Source: Bugula neritina (taxonomy: Eukaryota > Animalia > Bryozoa). Taken from it: a DNA stretch of 64,000 nucleotides. Each line of letters begins with the position of its first letter. The stretch's first letter is position 1. Location: assembly GCA_964035545.1 (NCBI GenBank), contig OZ037771.1:7349190-7413189 (forward strand). The letters run 5' to 3'. The notes beneath the pieces are model-generated. The model was not told the origin of the DNA and did no database searches. It saw nothing but the letters and a program-made list of their open reading frames with translations. Position numbers and translations under genes: made by a program. Of the stretch, positions 49,901 through 62,769 are shown in pieces.

Positions 49901-52580
49901 GTCACTAGTGAAACTGAGTGTAGAGTTGTTAGTGAAACTGAGTATAGAGTCGTTAGTGAAACTGAGTATAGAGTTGTTAGTGAAAATGAGTATAGAGTTG
50001 TTAGTGAAACTGAGTTTAGAGTCGTTAGTGAAACTGAGTGTAGAGTTGTTAGTGAAACTGAGTATAGAGTTGTTAGTGAAACTGAGTGTAGAGTTGTTAG
50101 TGAAAATGAGTATAGAGTCACTAGTGAAACTGAGTGTAGAGTTGTTAGTGAAACTGAGTATAGAGTCGTTAGTGAAACTGAGTGTAGAGTTGTTAGTGAA
50201 ACTGAGTATAGAGTTGTTAGTGAAAATGAGTATAGAGTTGTTAGTGAAACTGAGTTTAGAGTTGTTAGTGAAACTGAGTTTAGAGTCGTTAGTGAAACTG
50301 AGTGTAGAGTTGTTAGTGACAGCTTATATTGTATTATATGTCTCTAGTTGATGCTATTACTGCTTGTCTATATGAAATTGGTTGCTGTCCTATAAGCCTA
50401 ATAGTTGTCTTTCTTTCAACATAAAATTAAACCAATTGAAAAATTGCAGGTGAAATATTGCCATTGTTTTAAAATCTGAATGGTAGTATTTTGTGTGTAA
50501 GGTACAAAGGATAGTTAAAAAGCATCTGCTTTTTCTTGTTGGAATTCACCATCTAGGTTACAATGCACTTTTAACCTACTAAAAAAACAGTTGTGTTTTC
50601 CATTAATATCAGCTTTTTCATTCCCCTTATCGGTTACCTCATGTATTCTGTTAGTTGGGAACTTATTTTATTGGTAGGTGGAAGAAAAGCCAAGATTAGC
50701 CACCTCTTGTGATTGGATGATAATTTATGTGTAAGTTCCATTTAGTCATTTCTACTTCACTATATTTTATTCTAATTATAATTTGTTTGCATCTAAGAAG
50801 ACAATTCCCTCATTAAGTAAGCTTTCACCTGCAAATGTTAGAGGTAATTGGCTTTACAGTGCAGTTATATTGACATTCAAATGACCCTCAATTACATTAC
50901 CGAGTCTGAAATTTTAAAAATAACATTCGTAGACCTTTTCTTTTGCAGCCAGCCTTAACTCTGTGTTTATTAGGTCATCTAGATTTTAGTGTTTATTATT
51001 TTCTACTCATAAGTGATTGTAAAGTCTAAAAGTAGTTAAACTTTATACAATGCAAAAGACAGCTTACAGCTACTAATAAAGTAGGTCTCACATTAGAGGA
51101 GAGAACTCTAATTTATGAGTTTTGCACCAACACAGGATCTTTCACTTACTTAGTGATCCACCCATCACTCAAATAGTATTCATTAGATTTTACTGATTAT
51201 CATATAGAATCTCTGACACACTTCATTTATACTGTATTAAAATATTCATATGTATCATTTATCATCACGTATCATCTGTGGAACTGTTTGAAGGTTGTAA
51301 CGTAATACAATTTTATCTTATAATAACTTCTGCTCGTCCTGATGACGTGACCTTGCAAAGTTAACTCTATTATTGCTAACTTTCAATCTTAGCTCCTGCA
51401 ACACACAGTTTAATCACTGAGCTAGATTCAAAGTTTTAATCAATCTTCTAATGTAACAGTACGTGGTGGTCAGAGTTACCAACCTATATAAAGATTATAT
51501 AACTTTCACGCAGCTGCAGTGCATGCATGACATGCTAGTTAGCACCAGTTTCTGGGATATTCAAATTGTCCAATTTCCTTTGAGCTACAGTTACTGCATT
51601 TCCATCATGGATTTTTCATTCGCCTAATGGAAATAGGCAGTCATGGAATTGCAGTGAGTATCTCATGTACTGAAATACCACCACAAGCAAGAAACTAAAC
51701 ACACATTGTTTGTGGTGACTCTGTATGTTCATGTTGTGTATTATGTCTAAACACCCTCTTTTCTGTCCGATAGTCTGTATGGTCGAGATTTTCTATTGGT
51801 GCACATTTTATACACATGGTCCACCCTTAAAGTTGAAGTTGATTTGAATTAGTGTTTTAAATTTAGTACAACTCTTACTAGACATTCACTGAAAACTGCA
51901 GGCGTCAATGTTGTAACTTCCTATAGTAACTTGAAACTAAGGGGCTTCAAGCATTCCACTTGTTTTAAAAATTTGTTTTCCTTATAACAAAGGCTTGAAC
52001 TCAGCTAAGCTTTCTTATTGTGCATTTGTTTAAGTCTTCATTTGAACAGTGTCTAATTACACAGTGTCTTATTACACAGTGTCTAATTACACAGTGTAGC
52101 ATGTAGTTTGACAGTTCCATTATCTTTTTCTACCTTGAAAAGCTTAAACACACCTGAAGTCACTTTGTATGCTGGAACTTCGCTATGCCCCTCTCTCTCT
52201 CATACTGCAGTTGTACATTGTATCTCACCAGTTTGAGAAAAAATTGTGTTTTGCCAATTTTATTTTCTGTCAGGAATAAGTGTCATTAAAAAGTTAGGTT
52301 TATTCTAGTAAAAATGTCATCCTAAACCTGCATTGTGGATCAAGTAGTGTATCGAAGTGTTATTGTGAACCTCACATCTGTTGTTGCCACGGTTACCAGT
52401 ATAAAACACTGAAATTCCTCTTTGGTATCAAAACTCATTAATCCTAATGTTTATGCTTTTAGGTTGTTCATTGCCACTATAATCTTAATGACGGTGATGT
52501 TTCACTTCCCTGGTAGCTTGGGATTCACACATATACTACAAAGGGTAGCTGGGAGACCTGGTCTGTTACCCCCACACTAA
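44000..52580 (+). CDS. Coiled-coil tail-anchored protein with a KASH-like C-terminus (KASH5/LRMP-like), about 14 exons
   Basis: N-terminal heptads (MSSSYTLESLKQANDWLTRRLQLTEEQVREGEDVNTALTEEN; exons near 44000, 44479, 45198, 45612, 45802, 46276), then a low-complexity middle. Final exons 49627-49715, 50678-50730 and 52463-52580 give the TM segment WMIIYVLFIATIILMTVMFHF and a 23-aa tail ending GLLPPH*. Not all middle junctions were checked. Confidence 0.65.
44697..45010. mobile_element. MITE, same TIR family as 14513-14934 (Sola2-like)
   Basis: GAGTAATTTTACTTAATTTAGTACACA / TGTGTACTAAATTAAGTAAAATGGCCC; TSD ATAT. Confidence 0.8.
47479..47667 (+). repeat. Coding 27-bp tandem repeat, 7 x CQTTQGAT[E/D]
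   Basis: In frame within ORF 47174-47830. Confidence 0.9.
49761..50318. repeat. Minisatellite, 24-bp unit (tagtgaaactgagtatagagttgt)
   Basis: About 23 tandem copies; intronic. Confidence 0.95.
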
Positions 52581-53454
52581 TTATTGCTGAGTTAACCCGA
52601 AGTCTAGGATCATTAGAATTGCAAAACTGATTAACCATGTTATCTGAAATAAAAGAAGTTTCCCTCCACAGCTGCCTTTGAATTATAGATATAGCTTATA
52701 AACTTTTACTTCCTATCAATTCCAAATGCAAGCCTTAGGTTTTATTTACAACAAGCTTCTCTACAAGCACTAGAAGTCTGTATACCCCCCTACTTCCTCT
52801 TCCCCCCCTACCTCCTCCACTTTCAACTCTAGTCATATAGCCAAGTTGTAATAATAATTTTACTATTCTACTGTCATATTGAATTATATTTACTTTTTAA
52901 GCATTTGGTTATTTTCGGTGAAAGAGTTGTGTAATTGCTCAATCATTTTAATTTTTTATTATGCAGCTAAATTTAAAATTATTGCTCAGAAAAGTTGTTT
53001 TATATTTGTTTATAGTTTTGTTGAGTTATTTTGTTTATGTTTTTTTTTATTTTACAAGTTGAATAAATTTTATGGTATCAATTTCAGCACAATTTACATT
53101 TACCAACAACCTTAGGCTAATAACAAATCATTTTCAAACATACTAAAATTATAGTAATATTTAATTTGATACTAGTAACTGCATCTACTCTATATTATAC
53201 GGAATGCCTGAAAGTGCACTGGTTTCTACTGGCCTTAAATAAATATAACACTGGAGCTATAAAAACTCAAATGTAATAGAAAAATATTCAAGAGCACCAC
53301 TAAAACTACATGATTTGGTCACAATATTTTGGTCACAAATGTTTCACATGCATAGGGAAGCACTATTTTATCAATTATCACAGAGCCAATTTGTATAGCT
53401 TGAAGACCTGCAAGCTAGTAGTATTTTCACAATTACTACCAAAGAATGCATCCG

Positions 53455-56400
53455 CTAGAGCAGGTCTTTTACGCTAATGTCTAAATTAAATCTTTTATAA
53501 GTTTCGCTTCCTGCCCCAAACTCTGAAGATATGAGCTGTTTGAATATTCCAATAGCTTTGTCTGCCTTGGAGATAGAAAATCTGAACAAAGTTTTCTTGT
53601 CCACTGGAGGGGGTGTATTAGTCCTCTTAAAGTAGGCGGGTTTAGGAAAGTCGATGGTGCAGTTGAGACGAACATAGTCCGGCTCTAGTCCTAGGAACTT
53701 GATCGCACCTTCAAGTTCGGAAAAAGTTCTGTGTTTCAAGTTATTATAGTAAATTATATAGGCTTTTCCAGGAAACACTTTTATCCAGTATTTGTAGAAG
53801 TCGATCCAGCTAGTTATGTGTGTCATCCAAGTATCCCACTCTGTAATTATTAAAAATAGATTAGCACTTCGAAATGCAAGGACACGGTGAAGGGCTATTC
53901 ACATTTGAATGTCTCCCACTGAAAAATAAGACTGTTTTTAAAAATACGATAAGCTGTGCAAAAAATATCTGAGTAATCAGATTGGTTAAACCATTTGAAA
54001 GTTAATAGCTTAGTAGAAAGCAAGCTTTAATGTAATTTAGTAGGTGCTGATAACAATATTCCTATTGAATATGCAAAATTTATCAGCAAGAACACACCCA
54101 TGTTAATGTGGGTTTATATCTCCATGATTAAAGCATTACAGCCCCAATGTGGTTTTACTGGCTTTAAATGTTAACGGCATTGGGAAAACAGATGTTACTA
54201 ACAAAAGTGCAAAACTAGCAAAAAGTTACTAATATTTTTATAATTTAGAAAAGTGTAACTGCAAACAAACAAAAATTACAATAGGCAATTGTTATCCTAA
54301 TTTTTTAAATCTATCAACCGCTTGCAGTCCAGCCATTTTAATTTTCATGTTTTAGTTTGAGGGAAATATTTCATTAGTTTTAATAAAACCAGTTTGTATC
54401 TGGAAACTCACTCCAAGTCAAGGAGCCATCTGTGTTGACCAAATGAAACTTTTCCGCATAACCAGTTTTGTTTCCTCCGTAAACTCTGTTGAACTCTGAG
54501 TACAATGCATCCAGTGGGTGTCTAGCTATTACCTGGCAACAGACTCAACAGGTGAACATAACTTCCTAATCTCACAACTTAGTTACTCTAGCTTTGCATG
54601 CTACTTTGACCAACATCTTTATCAGGTTCTCCGTTAGGCACTGGTGATACACTGGTTGCTTTTTTAATTGGTGCCATGAGATGTAAACCCGAAGATTTTG
54701 ACCAAAATTATTTTATGCCATGAATAAGTTAAGTAACTATTGCCAACATGAATTCATCAAAACCAGTAACAAAATGGCTGAATTAATTATCTTGTTGTTA
54801 AATGATGTATAAATATGCACATCTATTCTCACTCTATCACAGTACAGTTGATTAAACCTGCTTTCATTCTAAAAGTTACCACAGAAGTTGAAGACACCCT
54901 GAACTATTGGTTTTAAACAATGTAAGTTTTTGAATCAGTTTAAATAGCTGATCCAGGGAGCAGCCGTGGTCTAGGGATTAGAATGTTTAGTTTAGCAAAC
55001 AAGAAGTCCTGGGTTCAAACCCCAGTAAAGACCATAGGTGATGTTAAGAAGAGCAACCAGTCAAAATTTCCCCTGTGCTCCATCTGAATAAGTCCTCAGT
55101 CCGATTTAGTAAAAAACCCTTTTCATCAGGGGTTTCTCACAATGATTGCGATTTTCGAATATAAACTTTTGTGAGTTTTTGTGTAAAAGTAATGCCTTGC
55201 TTGTTGGCTATAGAAGAAACCTTACCAAAGCCCTTCTGAACTGAAAATCATCCGAAGAAGACGCAGAAAATGTGTGAGTTTTAATAGCTAGAACGGAGTC
55301 GTTGTGAGCCGAGGAGAATTCTGGGTACTCATCATCACCATAGCTGAGGTATATATCCCCTGTCTTGTAGCCTTCAACATCAAATTTATCCAAACTTGAC
55401 TGGTAAACTCCGAAGAAAGTAAACATAGAAATAATTGTATTGCCAGAAATTTAACGGATAATACATTGTTAATTAATTCAACTTAATTTAACTAAAATAA
55501 ATTGCAAAATAATAACCAATCAAGTGCTTCGACTTGATTTAAGGAACTCATGTTGTTTACAATCCCCACTCTTGTGAGAACTATACTGAGGGTGAGGCTA
55601 TAGTTAACATGCTGTGACTTTTACCATTGTGTAGGTAATATAATTTAGAAACTTGTAATGTGGCAGTAGTGTGCTTGTGATTAGATGTCTTTCCTGCCAT
55701 TACCAAAAGATTTGCCTGCCTTGAACTTATGAGGAGGCTCTTACTAAATCTAAGTTCTAACCACTAGATAACACTTGCTCCCTGCAATTTTAACTTGAAT
55801 AGTCTTTAATGGTAATTTCTGTCTTGAAAAAGTACGACTCCTAAAAGTTTTATAGATCAAGGAACTTGCAGATTTTGATAAAAAAACTGTTGAAGGCTTT
55901 TGTAAGACATTCAAGAAGATGCGTACCAGTAGCACCTGCCAGAATCTGCCGAACCCAGGTGTTTCCACTTCCTTGGAAAGATGCCAAGGCAGTGAGAGGA
56001 AGCTGCTTGGGCAGGAGAAATTTAGGGTCAGGCAACTCCTTGCATATCTTTTCATTCACCTTCGGTTGTTCTTGAGTCAAGGTCACTAAAAATATTAGAA
56101 GAATATTACTGCACTGGCAGATAATCTAAGGCTTCTGATAAATGTAGAAATTTACTAAATTCAAATATCCATGTAGCCTACATGTGTCAATCTTGTGCAA
56201 ATGTGGTGTCAACATCGTACAAATGTGTCAACCTTGTGTGAAAGTGTCAGACTCCTTTACATGTGGCAATCTTGGGTGAATGTGCCAAGCACTTCAGATG
56301 TAATATATGGGTAATTTATTATTAAGAGAAGTAAGGAGCCGAACATAGTTTAATATCAGACTTTCTGTAAATAACGAACACTAGACTTTGGGAATTTTTG

Positions 56401-56704
56401 AAGACAGGTAGCACTAGTTAGAGAATCTAAACTAGAATGATTTTATACGGTTTATTTTGCTCTCTATTCACTCTCATTCACACAGACAACAAATACTGAA
56501 ATAGCATTTTACCTCTTCAAAAGTAGCTTTGTTAACTTAGGATAGCAATTTACTGAATCCTGTGAGTATATTATTTAATCCCAACTCATCCAATCAATAC
56601 AGAGATGTTAGGCAGACAGAGGACAAGGTGGTAAAACCTAACTTACAACTTATAAATGTTGTACAAAAGAGAGAGAACCATTCTCCTCTAATAATCAACT
56701 TCAT
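53455..56704 (-). CDS. WSCD-family sulfotransferase-like protein lacking WSC domains, about 289 aa, 5 exons
   Basis: Exons 56647-56704 (less certain), 55927-56085, 55226-55371, 54412-54532 and 53455-53840 join in phase (870 nt). ALASFQGSGNTWVR...ATGYKTG, IKTH, RHPLDALYSEFNR, YNNLK...FLG...RLNC...FKR. Confidence 0.85.
54957..55167 (+). mobile_element. tRNA-derived SINE (reference copy)
   Basis: GGGAGCAGCCGTGGTCTAGGG (A box), GGGTTCAAACCC (B box), central GGTGATGTTAAGAAGAGCAACCAGTC, and a 3' body ending TATAAACT. Confidence 0.85.
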
Positions 56705-58264
56705 GATCTCAGTTCTCTGCAGATGACTCAGATATAATCCTCACCAGTTTCAGTACACGCTTCATCGGCTGCAACCCCACCACCTCAAACTAATCACTGA
56801 AATGGAATATGGAAATGTATTCCAATTCATTGAACTCAGTAGTCACACTCTGATTCTGCTTCATGAGTGTTTCCCTTTGAATCACAGTCCGCAGTCTCTC
56901 GCATTGTTGTTAGCCTGCTTTCTCTTTATAATAATATTGGAATGCGGATTACTTGTACTGTAAGGCCTGGAAATATTGCTCTTGTATTGTTTTACTACTA
57001 TAATTTTGATAAGTATATAAGCTGAAAGATAAAATGCAAATTAAAATTAAATCTATTGCAATAGTTTTTGTTTAAATCATTAATTTATTTAAAATAATTT
57101 TTTTTTTAATATACAAGACTGTTTTATGTTAGTGCACATATTTTAGCTTTTACAGTAGATCTTAAATTCAGCTTTCAAAACATGAATGCAGTCGATTCAA
57201 AGAGAAAATCCAGCTCGCATATACGTTAGTAGTAAAGGCAAGTTGATGAAGTAGGAGTAAAAAGCTTGTTTGAGTGAAGCACCTGGCATTAGCTGTGGCT
57301 TGTTGCTGAATAATGGTAGACGCTAGTTCTCATTTAGACTGAGAGTTTCTAGCACTGGTGAGGCAGTCCATGGCTCTTCACTCACACACACACACAACCC
57401 GTTGCTGACAAATAGTAATACTGGAGCATTCAAATGTGTTAAACGTGAGAAGCTACACTAACCAGAGGTAAGTTAATTGTATTACTTACTTGTCCGCATC
57501 ACTATACACATATACTGATACATAAGCCACAAAATGGGGTCCAAGCTATTCTTGTGAGTTATGGAATGAATCAGTGAGATATGGAGAAAGCACTGTATTT
57601 TGATAATGCAGATTGTTTATACACCCTATGACTAATATAGCGATTCTAACAGGCTACTGAGTATTGTCTTTGTAATGGTCACTCTCCCTCCCCCCTGTCT
57701 CTTTATATGTAGTCAGTCAGTTGCCCTAATTTAGAGAGGCAAAGGATGAAGTTTCAGAATATAATGATGGCAGAGTATTCATCAATATTATACTTCTTCA
57801 GCTGTAAAAATACAACAGAAGTTCATATTAAATGTGCTACTAATAGTTGGCATCTTAATGATGAATTGTCAAAAACATTATCAGCTAAAATTAATTATGG
57901 AAATTGTATGCATGTAGCTCATACGTCTGCCTAATTATAAAAGCACTACTAAACCTCTATCTTCCACATTTCTCTATATATTATTTTGTACATAGCTTAC
58001 TTCAGTTTGGAGCGCACAACTCCTTGTACAGGAGTTATATTTAATCCTCATGTTCAGCTTTCCTATATATGACAACTAACTCCTAGTTCTCGCAGGACTG
58101 CTATGCTTAAGCATATATTTTAGTGGCAGATTTTAATAAACCCACAGATATCTTTTATATTACCAACTTGTTATAGCTATTTCACTTCTTTGCCATATAC
58201 TGCTATAACCACATATCCCACTGCATTTGGCTTTAATTCCAGTTTTATGGAGATTCAGAGAGCA

Positions 58265-58451
58265 AGCTTATAGTTGCAATCCCTTGTGAGAACTCTTAGT
58301 CGAAAAGGTTTTTAAACAGACTGGGAACTTTTTCTCTATTGAGGTACAGGAGCAATTATGACTGGATGCCTCTTCTTAACATCACCAACGGCCTTTACTG
58401 GGACTCGAACCATTTACTTGACCACTGTTTTAACCACTAAATCATGCAGCT
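58265..58451 (-). mobile_element. tRNA-derived SINE copy
   Basis: Matches the family body; the head is degraded. Confidence 0.75.
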
Positions 58452-58576
58452 GCTAGAATCATATATATAAACTACTGTATGCTATAATAATTGCAAATTT
58501 TTGTTCTAGTGTAATTTATTTAAAATGTTTCTATTAACTTTCAGCTACATAGGCAGACCAGTTACTTGGCAATTTC

Positions 58577-61500
58577 ATGTGGAACTGGGACTATAGCATG
58601 GTGACAGGTCCTACCAAGAAGAGAGCCTTTCTCTCTATCATAGCAATAGTGGTTTTTGTGGCTGCCTTTCACAAATACAGTGACAAATCTTCTCATATAC
58701 AAATCCGTACAACTTCTGTAACAACATCCCCACAACAACATAACAAGGGAAATAACTCCCATCCTGCCAATACAACATGGCATAGTACTACGCAGCAGCA
58801 AACCAACGCCACAACTTTGAGTTCTATCAAAGAGGTTAGTTAATATGTATCACTTTTAACAAAATGGTATGAGTTATTGAAGTTTGTGTTTCAGTATAAA
58901 GCTTTCAACATTTATAGGAGCAGTAGTGGAAAAAATTATGATAGCCTAAACTCTTTAACTTTTATTAAACTTGGGTTTGGGATGCAGGTTGAAATTATTG
59001 TGAGAACGTAAATTTTGCAGCATTTCTAATCTAGAACACAGGCTTTTCTTAATTGCTCCGTTACTGCACCTACCTCAATTTCTTTTGATATAAGAACATC
59101 GAATTGGTTTAATTTTTAGAACCCAGAATCAAAATATAAATCATATATAAAAGAGCAGCCAGTGAAAGATTTCACCAAAGACTACACAAAAGAATGTGAC
59201 CATTTCACCGATTGGCCTACGCCTTTCAAGAAGTTAGGTTGCCCCAAGTCGTACTCTCTGCGGGACAACTCCGTAGCGATTGTCATCTTTCTGAAGGAGG
59301 ACTTAGAGTCGCTGCCGACGCAGACGTTTCTGTCAGCGGTACAGTTCTGTAGAGAGTCTAACGTTACCATAGCCAACATAGTATTTGTATATAGAAGTGG
59401 TGGCCAGTCTGTACACAGTATAGAGTCTCACATTGAGTACTTCATGGAGCTGACAGCAGGCTCTATCCCAATCATATCTAAGTCAGCAGCAACTGAGTGG
59501 AAAGCTAAACAGGCTGGTGTTGACCTTGCAAATGCACGTCAGGTCAGACTCCCATAGCCTCTGTTCCATATACAGCAGGTTCATGAGTTTATATTATCTC
59601 TATTCAGTTCAGGAATTTATCTGAATGATAGAGTTACGAAATTGATAGTTGATACTTTGTGGTGAGATAAAAAGATTTTGTCATGCAAGTTCAACTCTAT
59701 CATAATGGTTATCTATATTATATGTTATTTATGTTGCACTACATATATATTGTTAGTTAACAATCTTATTGTTAGTTAACAATAATATTAGTGTTTACTC
59801 ATACACTCATAGATAGCTATCCTTTAACAAAACACCAATGCATAGTTAACTTCAACCTGTTATAAATATGGAAGTAGTTTGGTAGAAAGTATAGCAAGGT
59901 ATGTATAGACTGCAACTTTTAACCTGTTGAGGACATATAAGTAGGTTGTATAGTCTACGGCACCCTTTGATGGCTCACACTACAAAAATCGGAACTTATG
60001 CTACAGGAATGTCAATTTATTTTTATTGATTGTATCTGTCAGGAATTTCAACATATTTTGTAAAGCATGCAGAGATTGGATGTTTCTGAATAGTATTGTC
60101 TCAGCCAAAGAAATTAGTTATAATAGAACTTATCTAAATAGTGTTAACAAAGTTAGGCTGATCCTAGGTTACCCATAAAGAGGCAGTAGAGGAGAAATTG
60201 AGAAATCCTAAGTTCTTTAATTTTACTATTAAATTTTGGATTGGAGTTGAAAATTCTAACAAGAACATAACTTCTCTTGTTACACTTCTAATCTGGGACA
60301 CAGTCTCTTCTCAATTTCTCCATTACTGCACCTAACTCAGGTTACCTCTATAGCATTTTTATTGAATTTACTTGATATTTTAGCACTTTGCTCTCTACAG
60401 GTGCTAGTAATAGACGACGCATACATAGTCAACAGGAACTTTATAGCCCCTTTGATCTCTACAGTTGAATCTCATCCTCAAACACTTGTTGTCCCTCACA
60501 TCGACTCGTTGCTTCCTGTCCGAATATATTCTCAGTATGGAGATAAGAAGCTTCACCCGGACAGTCAGATATGGCAAGAAGGTGCAATCTGTGAGTAGAT
60601 TCTAATGAGGTGTTGTATCTTACATGATATATGGGCACAAAAGAAAGCAAAAGTAGAGCCAATATGCTTAAACTCACTCATGGTAGTTTATATTCGCTAT
60701 CCTTATGAGAACCCCTGACGGAAAGGGTAGTTCATGTGAGCCAAGGACTTGTTTTCTATTGCAGCAAAAGAGAACTTATGACTGCTTTTCCTAACATCAT
60801 GACTAATGACCTTTACCCATGACCTTGCCTTTACTTAGCCAGCACTCTAGCTAGCTGATCTCTACTAACATGTTTAAACATTGAATATTGAATGAAGTTT
60901 ATCTCATATATTAGAATTCCGACAGTTAGAAGCCTAATTCTTAAAATCAATCATTTTATCAACAGTTTTTCTCTGCATCAGTTTTGTAACATTTCCACCG
61001 TTATATGCTATGCCATACTCATAATACAGAAAGTCTTTGGTAAACAGTTTCTGGTTGGGCTTAATAACCCAGATTCTGCTGTACAAAGTTGTTATGAACT
61101 GAGAGGGGTGACAACTACCCCCAACTCTTACGCAATAGCTCATGATGCAGGCACTTATAGATAGGCTAACAATACACATTGACTTTAGCCAGATATCTCG
61201 TGTTACGCAACATGACTATGAGTCGAGTAGCTGCCCGGAGGATCAATACTCAGCCAGTGTTGGTGAAATCTGGTGGTGTGAACGGAGAGGTGATGATGGC
61301 AGCACGGGATTGGCTTCTTCTGCTGCTGAGTAAGATGCAGACGGACGACGTAGCGGAGCTCTCTCTACTCAGTTACATGTGCGGGGACGGGGTGGTGGTG
61401 AGCAAGTGCAGTGCTGGTCAGTAGTCACACATACATTACCATATTATAATCTAATGTACAGAACTGTTCTTAAATTATCGTGTTTTTACAATTTGTTAGG

Positions 61501-62769
61501 AGTTGTCTTCTCTAAAATCTAGAAAGTAGGCTAATTAAAATTATAATATTATAAGTAAATTTTTAGAATAATCAATAATATTGAATGACAAAAGAGTTTA
61601 AGCTACAAATATGTAACATAATTAGTTAGTGTAGATTATTAAAAAATAGCTAGCTAGGTAAAGTCCATTGTAAATTAATTTATAGACTCTATGTAGATTC
61701 TAGTGAGTTATTTTTTATCTCAATTTTTATATGAAAACTTGTTGAGTGTTTTTCATCAGGTTTAAAACCTTTGAAGAAAATAAAATTTGAAATTTATTTG
61801 TTGAAGAATTCATTGCATGCTATGTAAATTTGTAAATGTAACTTATTGATCATTTATATACTTGAGAGTTATCTTTTCTTACCTCATTTTTGCTTTTCAT
61901 CATCATTTTAATGCTACATCAATAACTAATTTCAATATTTCAATACATGCATGTATTAATTTGTATCATACATGATGTAATTTTACGTTATGTCATATAC
62001 ATTATATAGAATATATTATGGTAAATGATATATATTGTAATATTGTAATATTATAATATAATACAATATTTACATTTACATATTGCAGTTGTCAGATCTA
62101 ACAACTACAACATATTTGTACCTGTCACAAAAGAGCCGCAGAAACTGCGGACTCTGTATTCTCTTGACGGCAAGAATTTACATAAAGATTCAATGAATAG
62201 CTGCAAAGATGTAAGTTTGAACTTTTACGTTGAAGTTGCATCATTAGGCAAACTACTGGAGAACAAATTTCACATTTTTTTACTATTTTAAAGTCTTGAT
62301 AGTGGGAGTTTAGAACTATGCCCGAGCTATACAGGCCACATGGTTTGAGATCTTTTGCTATCCGCACAGTAACAATTATGATTAAATGCTTTACCTGACA
62401 ATTTCAACAGCCTTGTCTGCTAATTAAAGCTTATGACCGTGTACACTAGGCCAGTGCTTTTTTCTTCTATAGTATGGTAATTATGATAGTTTTATAGGAG
62501 AGTGGATAAAAAGGCTATTAATTATAAACTACCTTTTGGCATGAAGTCCTATCTGTATAGTTTATAAGCTTAGCTTAGTTTAGCTTAAGTCATGTTTTAT
62601 TTCATTTAATTAAAACCTTATATATTATGCTATGCTATTATAAACAAATATTTTTTACTATGTTAGTGGATTTTTGTATTGAATCTAGAAATTGGCACGA
62701 AGTTTATTGCAGAATTGTTTAATATTGTAGGTGAGTTATTACTTTACTAATGTGAAGAGTATTGCATGA
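58577..62769 (+). CDS. Polypeptide GalNAc-transferase (GT27)-like type II membrane protein, catalytically degenerate, no ricin domain
   Basis: Exons 58577-58834, 59120-59542, 60401-60590, 61189-61417, about 62089-62210 and 62731-62769 join in phase. TM AFLSIIAIVVFVAAF; SVAIVIFLKE; AKQAGVDLA...VLVIDDAY...FIAPLI...LVVPHID; ELSLLSYMCGDG...CS; CKDVSYYFTNV. Confidence 0.7.
60686..60850 (-). mobile_element. tRNA-derived SINE copy (old)
   Basis: gtttatattcgctatccttatgagaacccctgacggaaaggg...ttcctaacatc. Confidence 0.65.

Noticed and set aside
49702-50351. 195-aa and 139-aa repetitive ORFs; superficially CRISPR-like array
   Set aside because: This is a head-to-tail 24-bp minisatellite with no unique spacers, inside an intron with good splice sites on both sides.
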